Shown in pieces: positions 11,618-24,279 of a stretch of 64,000 bases of DNA. The translations under genes were made by a program, and so were the position numbers. The notes beneath the pieces were generated by a model. It had not been told where the DNA came from, did no database searches, and saw only the letters and a program-made list of their open reading frames with translations. Source of the stretch: Podarcis tiliguerta (lineage: Eukaryota); the NCBI GenBank assembly GCA_965153285.1, contig OZ229125.1, one strand, 5' to 3'. Within the stretch, counting starts at the first letter, position 1. Each line of letters begins with the position of its first letter.

Positions 11618-14600
11618 CTGCATTGGACTTCAATAATTTGTGGCAGGAAAACATGCTTCAAACTAATTTGCGGCTTTGTGCATCTTGACTGTGAAGAACA
11701 TGGAAGTAAAACAGTTGCCATCCCTAGGCAGCTTCCTTAAAGCTGCTGTAGCGACACTCTTCATTTCTATCAGCTTTTCACAAAGCATGCATTTCTCACA
11801 GCTCAAGAGTGCAAGGAGGAAAGTGTGAAGCTGTGGCAGCAGCACATCCATTAGCAACCTGCCTTAACTGTTTTGCTGTGGAAGTCTCAAGAAGGCCTGC
11901 TGTTAATGCATAATGCCCTTTAACACTTACTTAAAAACTAACCAACCAAGCTGCAGTTGCCAATCTAGACCTCCTTATGAACCTTCCAACTTTCTTTCTG
12001 CCACTGCCATCCTAGACTGTAACTGGTGCCCTTTTTGTTACGACAGGAGCTAATTTTTTGTCAGCTTTGCAAAACAAAATGGCCATAAGAAACTTTGTAT
12101 TGTATCATATTTACATTGTTCTGATCACTGCCCCTTTTGGGTAAGCTGGCTAAAAGAGCAAAATGCAAAAAACTTTCAGCCTGGAAGCCTCTTTCTTCAA
12201 GCCATAATCTTCTGTTGGAAGATAAAAGATGAAACATGGGAAATCTGTGTGCATTTGTGCCCGTCCTTGAGCTGCCGTTTTTCTGTTAGAGGCCATTCAC
12301 ACTTGCCTTGGAACAGGATATCCTCTTCCCATCTGGCTGTGGGACTCTGAGGCTAATTCTGCCAGGACCAAGATTTTGATCTTGGTGTATAAGTCCTACT
12401 GTGCAAATCTTGGGGAATTGTGAAATTCTAGCTTGATGTAGGAAAAATGGTTTCTAGGGTCTGATCAGGTATGAGCTTTTAGTATTCCATGGATGACACA
12501 AGATCTCTTTTTTTTAAAAAATGGTGACAAAAGTATACCTGTATTTGCTGAATTCTGTATCTATTATAATCTTATTTGGGCATGGTAACTTGAGTTTTGT
12601 CCTTTTTTCATTTTCTGTGCTGCTTATTGTGTGTGGAATATGAACCTTTGGAGGTTGGTGAATTTGAAAAGTTGGTTCCTTTAATCATCTGTTCATAATT
12701 TTTCTTGTAAAGGATGCTTCTTGTGTACTCGGAGGCGCATGGAGGACTCCTATGAGTCACTTCTGTGTCCTAAAAGATTAAGGGGGCTGAATGAGTAAGA
12801 CGCCTGACTTAATCCTAGACAGAGCCATAAACTGGAGCTTCTGAAACAGCCTTTGAATAATTGGTTTATGTTTCAAATAAGTTGTCTGTTACTTGTTCAG
12901 ATGAGTCATTTGAATGCATTTTGGGGTGCCAGAGTGGCTTGTGAAGGCCATTCCGTTGTTGTAACACTACTTAATTTTGAAGATCAGATAAAAAATCCTC
13001 CCAGAAGTTCAGTCTTGGGTGAGTCTTTCAGCCAGTCGTGTTACTCATTCAGCATGAAGATAAGTCATCCTTTTTCCAGCAACCAGAATACAAACACTGG
13101 AGCTAATGTAGCCATCTTTTTCCTGCTCACATTTGAGTGCCTAAGTGAAAGGCAGACCTCTGTTTGGTGCTATAGCTCTGTCAGTTGCCCCTCAAATTAG
13201 ACACAATGCAGGTACCAATTATGTCTGCCCACCCCTTCAAAAATAGGTTTTGTTTAACAATAGAAATTGGTTGTTCGTATACTGTTGGCTATCTTTATTC
13301 CACCACCACCCTCAGCATTACACACTCAAAAGAAAAAAACTTGAAGCAAATGTCTAAATTGAGGTAGAAATGTTGACCAATTGAGGCAGAGGCATCTTAA
13401 GTTTAGATAGCATGTGCTGGGCTGGTGGTAGAATTACTAGCATTCTCACAGATTCTCCAGGGCTAAACGGGTTAAATATTTCTCTAGTTTGTAATGGTGG
13501 TATAACCTTAATTGATAGCTTCTCATGTGAGCATCCTTTGTGTGCAACAGAGGCGGCCACAAGCCCACTTACAAATTTCACAAAACATATTTATATTCTT
13601 TCTAAAGTGTTTTTAGACAGTGATTGTTCCTATCAAGAAAGAACCCCAAAGCCCATTACTAGTTTTTAAAGAAATTTTGCCTTTTAAAGCAGCAACAATG
13701 TATTTTGCAATTGCTGGACTGTTCAGGGTTTCCTCATGGAGAAGACAACCACACTACCAGCAACAAAAGTGGGCTCTCTTTGTATCCAGCAGCAGTGCAC
13801 CATGGCTGATGTGTGCCTTAGGATCACTGTTTGTGACTTGCTGATAAAAGATACCTGCATCTCTTTCAATTCAGTGGCCATTCAATTGTCTCTTTCTAAG
13901 GGCTCCTTTCTGAGGGTTTCTTTTTATGATGCAGGATTTTGAAAGTAAACACAAGGCAGTATCTGCAATTTGCTTGTGGTGAGAAGTGTAAATATGTGGT
14001 TGGTAGCCGTTGTTACTAAACTGCTGTAATCAAGGAAAAGGTGGGGAGGGCTGATCCAGTAGGCCTTCCGGTGAGCAGGCTGGTAAACCAAGCCTGCCAG
14101 AAGAACTTCTGTTTGTCTCAGATGTGGCAGTTAAAGGAGGATGCAGGCAGCAGCCACCTGGGGCTCTGCAGGGGGAGGAAGGTGTTGCAGTTGTGGCTTA
14201 GGGGTTATGGCTTGGCTGGTGCTACAGTGGAGCCCTTGTTAGATGTCATTGTGTTCAAAATGGTGGTAGCAGGAAATGCAGTTGTTAATTGTGCAAGACA
14301 TACTTTCAAATGTTTGTAACTGCATGAAGGAGGGCAAGATCTTTTGTTCCCTCTTGCATGGTGGAAGTTCAACAAAATGTTGGGGGGCGAGCACAGAAAG
14401 CAAGCTGCCCTGTGAGGTCCTATGAATGCAACGCTTCTTACGAGAGAACACTGTTGGACATTTCTTCTGATTAAGTGGGACCTGGGTGGAGATTAAACCA
14501 AAGGAGTCAGATGCAAATGGATGAATGATTTCTTCCCCACCAATACCTGCTGCTTGCACCCTGATCCTGCACCCCACTTCCTTCTATTCTGCATTCATAC

Positions 14601-15816
14601 AGAAGGAAGTATTACATGTGGGGTTGGGCCACCAGCAACCAGTTGTGGGGTAACAAAGGTGAGAATGGCATTTGAATGGGAGGCACTCCACCGTGGGTGG
14701 AGCTTCTTGATCTGCAGGCCACCTTGTGAACAAGTGTTGAGCAAGCATTCCCCCTTTATGGAGTAGACTTGGTTCCAGTAGTGGCAAAAGATTTAGGAGC
14801 CATCAGGTCACAACCTTCTTCAAAACACTTCAACATATGACTTCAGATGCCTGCAAGTGGCAAATGTTACCTGAAAACTTTACTAGTTTTTTTTATAAAC
14901 AAAAGCAGTTGAAGCTCAGAAGTTTAAATAGTGTTAGAATATAAACTGTTTTAGTGTTCCATTTCAGATATTACTCTTTTGCTGACCTTTATATAAAAAA
15001 TTGCAAATGTGTTTTTGTTCATTATACCTGTATTGTGCAGCTAGTGATGTTTTTTTTTAAAAAAACACCCATTGAACATACACTATTGTGAGATGAAGAA
15101 AGCCATACTCCCTTGGCAGGGTTGTGTGTGTGTGTTTTGGAGAGGGGAGAGCCACTTTTTTTATACACAACTGTCTTAATTGCCCTTTTTATAAGAGTAT
15201 ACACATGGAGGGATGTCTGCTGTGAAAGGGAATTTCACAGTGTACTTGCTTGACATTAGACCATGCCTATTTCGTAATTGTATATATTGTGGGGAAAGTA
15301 TAAGTGGATTTTGCTGGATTAGCTTCATACATCCAGTGGTAGCAGCAGAATGCAGAAGGGGTGGGGTGGGGTTAGTACGTAAGAAGAGTCAAACTTAGGA
15401 TAGGTAACTAGTTTTACTAAGGGAGGCTGGCAGTGTATTTAAGTCCAATAAAGAAGCAGGTGTGTCAGATGCTGGCAATTTGGTAATCCCCTGTAGTAGG
15501 CTGTATTCTGAGGCATTATCCTGTCGCCTCAGGGGCAGGCTGCTTGACACTTCATCCCAGGGTAAACTAGTCTTAGGAAGACATGCAGCGTGTTGCCTCT
15601 AACCCCCAGAGAAGCTACGGGATACTTTTAACTAAGCCTCTAGCAGAATCTCACTTCTGGAAGTAGGACTGTTCCTAATGTAACAAGTCTGTAAAAGTTT
15701 CCTTTGTGCTATACAACTGATGAGGATGTGGTTTCAAAACGAGCTTCAGTGTTGAAAGCCGTTTGTTTTTCTTGTAGAATTGGCTGTTAACAATTTCAAG
15801 ATTGCAGTGATTACCG

Positions 15817-15822
15817 AATAAA
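15817..15822 (+). terminator. Candidate distal poly(A) signal of VPS37B
   Basis: AATAAA followed about 20-50 nt later by GU-rich tgtgtgtcactggcttatgggtgtgtgtct. Other AATAAA hexamers at 11273 and 15447. Confidence 0.5.
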
Positions 15823-15901
15823 AAAATGCTAGATTTTGTACAAATGTGTGTCACTGGCTTATGGGTGTGTGTCTTCTCAAAATTAACTTTTTCAACTCTT
15901 A

Positions 15902-16387
15902 CAGTCGCGGGGGGCGGGGGGGAGAGTACACCCTTTTTGAATTCTGTGGGTTTATATATGAGGACATAATATTAAAACCTGCTAAGGAACAAATTATTGT
16001 TAAGTAAATACAATCTCAGATGAACAACAACACATGACACATTACACTGTTCCATGATTTATTTAACAGAAATAAAGCCAAAATGGAGAAGCCATGTGTG
16101 AAAAACTGAGTACACCTTAGGATTCAGTAGCTTGTAGAACCACCTTTAGCAGCAATAACTTGAACTAATCTTTTTCTGTATGACTTATCAATCTCCCACA
16201 TCATTGTGGAGTAATTTTGGCCCACTCTTCTTTACAATGTTGGCATTTGTTTATGCACAGGTCTCTTAAGGTCCTCCCACAGCATTTCATTTGAGTTGAG
16301 GTCTGGACTTCAACTGGGCCAATGCAACACCTTGATATGTAAAACCAGAGAATTCAAAGAGGGTGTACTTTCTTTTCCCCATGAGTG
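15902..16387 (-). mobile_element. Internally deleted Tc1-family (IR/DR type) DNA transposon
   Basis: TA-flanked; ends share the inverted repeat gagtacaccctttttgaattctg / cagagaattcaaagagggtgtact; inner direct repeat gtacacc near 16110. Minus strand at about 16240-16333 reads KVLHWPS*SPDLNSNEMLWEDLKR, the Tc1 WPSQSPDLNPIE motif. Confidence 0.88.
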
Positions 16388-16695
16388 TACATTGTGCAAT
16401 TGCTGCTCAGTAAAGTACCACTTTGCCACTTTGCTTTCCTCTCCCATTGACAAAGATGGAAAAAAGTGACTGAGCCACCTAGTTAACCGTCAAAAGGGAA
16501 ATATATTACCTTGAAATATGTTAACTATGCAGATAACTGCTTCTGTGCTGAGGCTGGTTTGACTTTGTAAAAGAATACTGCACCATTTAATTTTGACAGC
16601 TACCACTGTTGGAACGTCAAGGCAAGAAATAGCCCATTTGTTTTCTCAGACATTCACACAGCAATTTCAGTATCCTAACACACCACTTGTCTTAT

Positions 16696-16701
16696 TTTAT
16701 T
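16696..16701 (-). terminator. Likely poly(A) signal of HIP1R
   Basis: Minus strand reads TGTACATAAGCAATAAAATAAG: AATAAA with an upstream UGUA/Pumilio-type motif. A second AATAAA lies at 17376-17381. Implies a 3'UTR of about 1.6 kb. Confidence 0.65.
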
Positions 16702-18242
16702 GCTTATGTACAAGAATACCACAAAGTGTAAACAAATCAAGGCAGACTTCCAGCTGTTTGCTTAAAATGTCATTGTTTTTGCTAGTAGAAACACTCCAAA
16801 GGAGATTATAATTATTTTGTGGTACTAAAGTCCTTTGCATTTTGCAGGTACAACAAGCACCAAAAATAATGGCCATGGTTCAGTTCCAATAGCGGAAATC
16901 TTGCTCTGGCTACAATTCTACTAGATAGACTTGGCAAGAACAATGTCCCAGTGAAGCTACCTTTATATAGAGTCGGCCTGAAGGACTGAACTTGGCAGTT
17001 GCAAAGTACCTGCTCAGCAGTATCATTAATGGCTTAAATGGAGAAGCCGAGCTGGACAACTTGGTAGAGAAGAGGCCCATATGTTGAAGCCGGCCAGCTT
17101 CAAGGAGGTGTACTAAGTAATAGTTGTAAAAATATGATCTAGAAAAATATCAGGAAAACAGAACACTGAACAAGGTTTCAGGCAATTAATCCATTTTAAT
17201 AAGCTAAATAGTCCTATTAAAATTTAGCATTTGGTTCATTTCCCACCCCCTTAGCTTTCCTATAAGTTGCAAATCCTCCTCCTCCTCCCCACCACCACCC
17301 CTATTAAATGTCAAACTCTACAACTGTTTCCATCAATAATTGTGATAGGAGTTGGGTGGTTGTCGTTTTTTACATTTTATTCCTAAATTGGAATTTTATA
17401 ACCTTAAACCAGTGTAGACTTTTTCTCTGCTTGCAGTGCTTCTTGAAGTTGTCAAACCTTCCTGTACAGTAAATAAATCCTATTCCTTTTTAATACGTAT
17501 ACAAAAACTGACAGTCTAAAAAGATTGTTATCCTTTTCAGAGTTTTCATCCTGGGGGAAACATTTTTCAGCCTGTAGCATAAACTCTACAAAGAAATCCA
17601 AACAGCCTACTTAAAAAGGGGAGGGGGGGAAACACATTTCTTTAAAAAGGCTCCTGTAGTACAGTGATAGGTACACCAACATTTACTCGAAACAGCACAA
17701 GATTCCTATTGCTTATAAATAACTGATATCCACAAAGTAAACTTTCTCCCCTCACCCTCCCCTTTCTTCCCATTTAGGACCTGTGTTCCACATAGGTAAC
17801 AGGCAGCCTACTGTCGCTTTAAGAAAGCAGTCGTTCTAATACTACAGATCAGGTCAAGTTATACAATTCAAAGATACCTTTGCTTCTTTCTTGGTCAAGG
17901 AAGTAAGTTTTCAGTGTAAAGGCAATGCCAGACACAAGGCAACTGAGGATTTATCCAATCTGTATCTGTTTAAAACACAGACATTTTCAAACGTTGGAAT
18001 GTCTATAGTTCAGGGCCTTCCAGAGCAGCCCCCTCTCTGTGGAAAGGCAAACAGTCTTGGAGTCTTCCGCCCAGAAATCTGTTGCTTGGAGCCTGCAGGA
18101 AAACAGCAGGCAAGGCACAGTGCCTGAACCCCTCCGGGCAGCAGGAAGAAGAATCAAGCTGGCTAGAAGCTGAATCCCACATGCCCTTTGCTCCGGCTGC
18201 TGTTCTCTTCCTTTCCAGGTTGAGTCATTTGCCATTTACACC

Positions 18243-18281
18243 TTAGAAGTTGACAACATGTGCCTGGAACACACCATCCTC
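18243..18281 (-). CDS. HIP1R: HIP1R last coding exon (32)
   Basis: tttctgtacctggtccag|GAG; EDGVFQAHVVNF* resembles the mammalian C-terminus KDGIYPAQLVNY*. Confidence 0.82.
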   Translation of the reverse strand, partial: EDGVFQAHVVNF

Positions 18282-19430
18282 CTGGACCAGGTACAGAAAA
18301 TGATAAGATATGGATTGTTACTACCCAACTAAAAGAAATTTTAATGCAATGAGATTTAATCAATCTATTTGTGGCAACTGTTTTAAGACACACACTGTTT
18401 TTGGATGATGCATGTCAGTTCTATGTGCTTGAGACTAGAGGGGATGCTTTTAAGGCAAAATCTTGTGTCCAATCAAGTTAGGGATGTATCAGTTAGTTAA
18501 TGGAAAACAGTTGTTGCCAGCCCTCAAGCTGATGCTCTCCAATGATCCAAAGGGCAGGAGTGATAGGGGCTGGAAAGGGTGTCCTGTAGCCTGGATGGTG
18601 TACTATAAATGAAAACGAAGAAGCTCCCTCTGGCTTGTGACCCTTTCAGTAAGAGTAGCCCAGAGGATTATTCCCAAAGTCCAGCATCTTGCATCTTCCA
18701 CCCAAGGAGGTTCACAGCCTTCTGATGTTTCTCTGTTGCCTCTAATCATGGAGGCATATAGCCCAAGGGCATGAGGAACCTGTGGTGGTCCTCCAGAGGC
18801 TTTTGGTCTCCCAGCCCACATGACCAGTGACCAGGGATAGTGAGAGCTGCAGTCCAGCAGCACCTGGAGAGCCACAAGTTGCCCACCCTTGCCGCAGCTT
18901 GTCAACGGCTGTGTTTTCTCATTCAGCAAATGGCAGTTATCTTGGGGCAGCAGATTGCACAGACTAGATGTGTGAAGAAATACTTTCCTGTATTGCTGAT
19001 TTCAGTTTCACTGGGGTGACCCCAAATTTCTAGTATTACAGGAGAGGTAAGGCCGTTTTGTTTTAATCTACTACTGCAGCATTGGTTGCCATTCTACAGA
19101 CACTATTACGTGCCCCAGCATGTTCCTCAGTCTCCCTTTAGCCACTGCAGTGCTCTTCTGCACCCTCCACAGTATTATGCCCACTGCCTGGGAATCACCA
19201 TTTTTTGTGGCAAGCAGAGTCTCCAGAGGATTCCTCAGAGGGGAAAACTCGATTTGGCTTCCATACGTGAATTCCCTACAACCGTGACAAACATGCGCCT
19301 ATCCTGGTAATGAATGAATCACATAAGCTTGCTAGCCTCATAATGTTTTCTGGGCCTGACTGCTGCGAAAAGGCTGTTGCTTTCTGCAACCATGCACACC
19401 CCTTGTTCTGCGGCTGAGAGTATACTGTAC

Positions 19431-19631
19431 CTCACAGGCTGGCTTCAGGGACTGGACAGGCTTCTGAGCAACCGGAGGCTTCTTTAAGCTGCCTGGCTTG
19501 CGGGCAACTGTTGGTTTCCCCCCGTCTGCACTCTCATAGTCAATACCAGCCAAGGCATAATGCTGCCTTCTCAGCTCACCAAGGCGAAGCCTCTCATTCT
19601 CCAGGGTCTTTTCCAACTCTAGTACTTTCAC
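19431..19631 (-). CDS. HIP1R: HIP1R exon 31 (latch helix and proline-rich segment)
   Basis: ttgcag|VKVLELEKTLENERLRLGELRRQHYALAG...KKPPVAQKPVQSLKPACE|gtacag. Confidence 0.92.
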
Positions 19632-19965
19632 CTGCAACAAGCAACATTCTCTGTTGAGCTATGGGGAGTGAGAAATATCAGAGACACCCCACTTCTTATG
19701 CAGCTGTTGAACATAGTCACTCTTGCTTAGTTCACTTGTTATCCATAGATCTACTCCCATGGCCAGAGTGCGGGAATATTTCTAACTTGGCATCTCTACT
19801 CCCAGGTGGCCAAAAGGTCTCCCACTGCTGCCTTTTCTCCTCCTTATGCCTGGAATTGCATCCATCACGCAGCCCCACACGTGTCCCACACCCCATTTTC
19901 TCAACTGCCTTGTCTTCCGTGGCACAACTGCTTAGGCTTGGAGAATAGGGTCTGGGGACCAAGTA

Positions 19966-20051
19966 CCGTATTTTTCCATCTATAGGATGCCCCTTATTTT
20001 TGACATTATTTTTTAGGGGGGAAAACTAGTCTTACACATGGAAAAATACTG
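19966..20051. mobile_element. Short Tc2-like MITE
   Basis: TA|CCGTATTTTTCCAT ... ATGGAAAAATACTG|TA. Confidence 0.7.
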
Positions 20052-20727
20052 TATGTGTAGCTGAACGAAGACACGCTGTTCTCATTTACCTCTGCTTCTC
20101 CATGCTCTGTTGTCTGCCCTGTGATATTCAAACCCTTGGCTGTTATGTGTTACTAAAACATTCACAGAGTCCACCCCTTGCTCAGCTTGTTCAACTGGTT
20201 TGGACCATGCGAAACTCTCATCACCCACAGCCATGCTGGTTGGGGCTGATGGGAGTTGTAGTGCAAAACAGCTGGAGGACACCAGCATCTGAAAGGCTAG
20301 TTGTGTTTCCAAGCTCTGCCAGCTGTAACTGACATGCTGAAATCAAGCCACTGTTGTGGGAAAAGGTAAGGATTAGAGTAGACAGACAGATCCAAAGAAG
20401 GGCTACTGGGCAAGGAGAGTCAGGCTCAACCTCTGTAGCCTTAAATACGGTGGGAGGAGGCAGCAGCTGCCCATTCTTATTAAGGCTTGCTTTCAACTTG
20501 CTCTTCAGCAAACAAATCATGGCTTACATAACACCAGTATGAAACCCCAGTCTGCACGGCCTATTTAAAGATGTCCCATTGACAACATCTCATCCCTCAG
20601 ATGCTCAAGGGGCAGTTGGCTCTTGTGTGAGAGTCACTTTGGGAACGATTAACCCAGCTTCTATTTTATAGTTCCCCAGGAATCTTTTCAACACTTCCCC
20701 TGTTTTTCCAAAGAACCCAAACAGCAC

Positions 20728-20789
20728 CTGTGTCTCCATTTCCTCCATCTTAAGTTTGATTAAGGACATTCCAGAGAAGTCCATGGTCT
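20728..20789 (-). CDS. HIP1R: HIP1R exon 30
   Basis: ttcag|..TMDFSGMSLIKLKMEEMETQ|gtgctg. Confidence 0.95.
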
Positions 20790-21097
20790 CTGAAAGGAAG
20801 AGAAAAGCAAGTTTGTTGTAGAAACTACATATGTTTTCAGCAGGGAGGTGGGGGACATTCTTTAAAACTGAAAAGTTGCCACTTTCTGCTACCCTAAACC
20901 CAGCCCCTCACCAGTGTGTTCTTGCTTCAGTAGGAGTGTTGAGCAACTTAGTATGTAGCAGGAAAGACTGGAAACCTTCACCATTTTGAGCAATAACAGC
21001 ATTTGGGGAAAGCCTTCTGTGCTATTGCACCTTTTAGAAAAGCCTCTTGCTGTTCAATAGAACATATTTGCCCCCGACACATCTAGTCCAATACACG

Positions 21098-21151
21098 AGG
21101 TTAAGAACAGACCTCCAGAATGAATTAAGTTCTTAACCAGAGGTACCACTG
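21098..21151. mobile_element. Solo terminal fragment of a Tigger-like MITE
   Basis: Ends in ...GAGGTACCACTG|TA; reverse complement of the left end of 21343-21584. Confidence 0.7.
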
Positions 21152-21342
21152 TATTTCCTCAGAAGTGAGTCTCAATGGTGCCTTACTTCCTGGTAATTGC
21201 ATTTTAAGACTGCGGCCTGAATGGGCCCAGGATAGTCAGTTGCTCAGCCCACCCCACCCCACAGAGTTGTTGTGTGGATAAATGAGGAGCAGCATGTACA
21301 CCACCCTGAGTATGGGTAATAGTAATAAATAATAAATAAATA

Positions 21343-21584
21343 CAGTGGTACCTCAGGTTAAGTACTTCATTCATTCCGGAGGTCCGTATTTAACCTGAAG
21401 CTGTTATTAACCTGAAGCACTACTTTAGCTAATGGGGCCTCCTGCTGCCGCCGCGCCGCCGGAGCACAATTTCTGTTCTCATCCTGAAGCAAAGTTCTTA
21501 ACCTGGAGCACTATTTCTGAGTTAGCGGAGTCTGTAACCTGAAGCATATGTAACCTGAAGCGTATGTAACCTGAGGTACCACTG
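21343..21584. mobile_element. Tigger/pogo-like MITE
   Basis: TA|CAGTGGTACCTCAGGTTA ... TAACCTGAGGTACCACTG|TA, with internal taacctgaagc repeats; inverted copy at 62403-62636. Confidence 0.88.
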
Positions 21585-21766
21585 TAACTCTGTCGGCCTT
21601 TCATATTAGCCCTGTTCTCCTCATGTCACACTTTCCTTCTCATAATTTTGCAAGCACCAGAAAGCCTTTAAAAAAGCATTTTCAAGAACGCAAGTCTGCC
21701 ATTTCACGCTGCGTTTCCCACCTCCACGCCCAGCTCCACTGCCATGCCCAGACCCCAGCAGCTCAC

Positions 21767-21890
21767 CTTTGTCTTCAACCTGCTCTTGGCCTGACTTTGT
21801 GGAAGCCACGACATTGGCAGCCATTTCATTGACGGTGCGCGAGCATTCCTGGAGCTTTCCTAGGTTTCTGCTGTGCTTCTCGGCTTTCAC
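21767..21890 (-). CDS. HIP1R: HIP1R exon 29 (THATCH)
   Basis: ggcag|VKAEKHSRNLGKLQECSRTVNEMAANVVASTKSGQEQVEDK|gtgagc. Confidence 0.95.
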
Positions 21891-22917
21891 CTGCCATCAT
21901 CAAGAATATTGCTTCTTTCAAATCTTTTGCCAGGTGTAGGGAAAACACGAGCAAAAAAAGGTCTGCTAGTCCATCCTAAAGCTTTGAGCAGCAGCAGCTT
22001 GAGGCCAGTTCATTTCAGAACCAGGGCTGTCTACATACTTGTTACAGTAAACAACTTGGAGGCAGAGCTTAGGATGCTGAAAAATCTCTGCTGTTTTATT
22101 TCCTAGTCTGCAGGTTAAGGACATAAGTCTTGTCCTGCTGCATCAGAGCAAAGGGCCATCTAGTCCCACATCCTGGATGGAAATCCTTCAAGAGAAGTGA
22201 GCAAAGGCACTCCTCAAAGTGGAGGCATTCAGCTGAGCACCACCAGAGAGGTAGGAAAGGAGCGTGCCATTCCACAGTTGCTTTGAAACGGGGGCGTCTC
22301 ATAAGAACATAAGAAGAGTCTTGCTGGATCAGACCAAAGGCCCATTTAGTCCAGAATCTTATTCTCACAGCAGACAAGCAGGTGTCTATGGGAAGCCCAC
22401 AACAGGACCCAAGTACAACAACAACTCTCCCCAGCTGCGATTCCTAGCACCCACCTCAGATATTGGAGGTAGTACATATCCCTTATGGTTATCAGCACTG
22501 ATAGCCTCAACCTCCTCTGTGAATTTGTGGAAACCAGTGAGGAGTGAAGGCGGGGGAGAGAACTCTCCTTTGGTACCTTACACCTTCATCTTTCCGCCAG
22601 GGCCAACCTCTGATAACTGCAGCCACTTTGCAAAAGTAGAGAGGCGAAAAGAGAGGATTGGCAGTGTGCTTTTTTCTGGCTTCAGGTTTGGGGCCTTGAG
22701 AATGAACCCAGGAAATGCAAAAAGCTTCAAATGAAGATGGTAGCAGAGGAAAATGGTCCCCTGAGGGAACCACGGGTGGGGAAGCTTGCAGGCTTCCCAC
22801 AGGCATCTGGCTGGCGTGAGAACAGGATGCGACATTAGATGGGCCATTGGCCTGATCCAGCAGGGGTCTTATGGTGCTCTTATGAGTTATAGCTGTTAAG
22901 CATATTTGTACCTGAGC

Positions 22918-23262
22918 ATGTGGTCTAAACCACAGAGCCTAGGACTTGCCGATCAGAAGGTCGGCAGTTTGAATCCCCGCAACGGGGTGAGCTCCCATTG
23001 CTCGGTCCCTGCTCCTGCCAACTTAGCAGTTCAAAAGCATGTCAAAGTGCAAATAGATAAATAGGTACCACTCCAGCAGGAAGGTAAACTGTGTTTCTGT
23101 ATGCTGCTCTGGTTCACCAGAAACGGCTTAGTCATGCTGGCCACATGACCCAGAAGCTGTCTGCAGACAAATGCTGGCTCCCTCAGCCTGTAAAGCGAGC
23201 GCCACAACCCCAGAGTCATCTGCAACTGGCCTTAACGGTCAGGGGTCCCTTTACCTTTACCT
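22918..23262 (+). mobile_element. Sauria SINE
   Basis: Contains tRNA-like gatcagaaggtcggcagtttgaatcc and the core ctgccaacttagcagttc...tagataaataggtacc; ends in a (ACCTTT)n tail. Confidence 0.85.
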
Positions 23263-23513
23263 ATGTAGGAAGTTGCTTCTGCAAGGGGCTCTGGGCACAC
23301 TAGAGCCTACTTTGGCAACAGAACCCTCACTTTCCTTTCTCATTTGAAATTTCATTGGATGTTTTTGGTACAGTTCTAAGAGCAAAAAAACCAGAATTCC
23401 CAACCCAATGCAAAGCATGTTGCTTCTGAGATGGGGCTGTAGGCATGTGAAATGCACCCAGTTCTGCACAGTTTGAGAAGAGTGCAGACTATTTTTCCTT
23501 CTGGGGTGATTAC

Positions 23514-23619
23514 CTTGGAGGCAGCTACAAGCTGAGCTGTGCTGGCTGCGATTTCGTGCGAACAGACAATCAGTTCCTCATATTTGCCTGTGTGTAGGAC
23601 AACTTTGTCCGCAGACTCT
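23514..23619 (-). CDS. HIP1R: HIP1R exon 28 (THATCH)
   Basis: ttcag|.ESADKVVLHTGKYEELIVCSHEIAASTAQLVAASK|gtaatc. Confidence 0.96.
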
Positions 23620-23725
23620 CTGAAGTGGGGAGCAAAAAGACAGGATTAGTGAAGCCATTCCCTTGTGTTTCAATCCACAAAGCAAGTGGCTAGGAAAAGG
23701 AAGCCCAAGCAATTGAGATACCTAC

Positions 23726-23826
23726 ACAAGCTGTGTTGCTCCCCATCCCACGGCTTTAGAAGCAGAGATGAGTCCCTCTGTCCAACGCGAGTTCTTGGCG
23801 TAAAACTCCTGCGGTGTTGCTGCCCC
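23726..23826 (-). CDS. HIP1R: HIP1R exon 27 (THATCH)
   Basis: actag|GAATPQEFYAKNSRWTEGLISASKAVGWGATQL..|gtaggt. Confidence 0.96.
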
Positions 23827-24279
23827 CTAGTGTTCCATGAGAGATAGGACACTTAGCTTTCACAATAAGGCTGAGCTTTATTTGGTAAGCAAAACATGCT
23901 TCAAAATGGAAAAGATGATGCAACTCTGCCTGGAAAACACACCCTCTGGTAGCTTCTTCAAAGACTGGGGTGGCAGGTGTGCTTACGGAAAGGTCACAAA
24001 TGGGTAAACAAAGCCGCCTTATACTGGGGACGGATGCAAGTGGTGGCAGGAAGTCCATCTAGCTCAGGGATTAGGAGGAACATGGTCTAGAACTCCCATC
24101 GGTCCCAGCCAGCACAGCCAACGGCCAGGGATGGTGGGAGTTGTAGTCCAGCAACTTCTGGAGAGCCACAGGCTCACAATTCCTGATGGAAGTGGTTCCC
24201 CCAAGAGGAGGCCCTGGTGGGGTGCTTAATACAGGTCTGCAGCAAGAGTTGTTTTACTGACTCATTCTTTACTCTAGAG

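Noticed and set aside
11521-11740. ORFs with VC/ER and SL/HT repeats
   Set aside because: Translations of the (TG)(AG) microsatellite.
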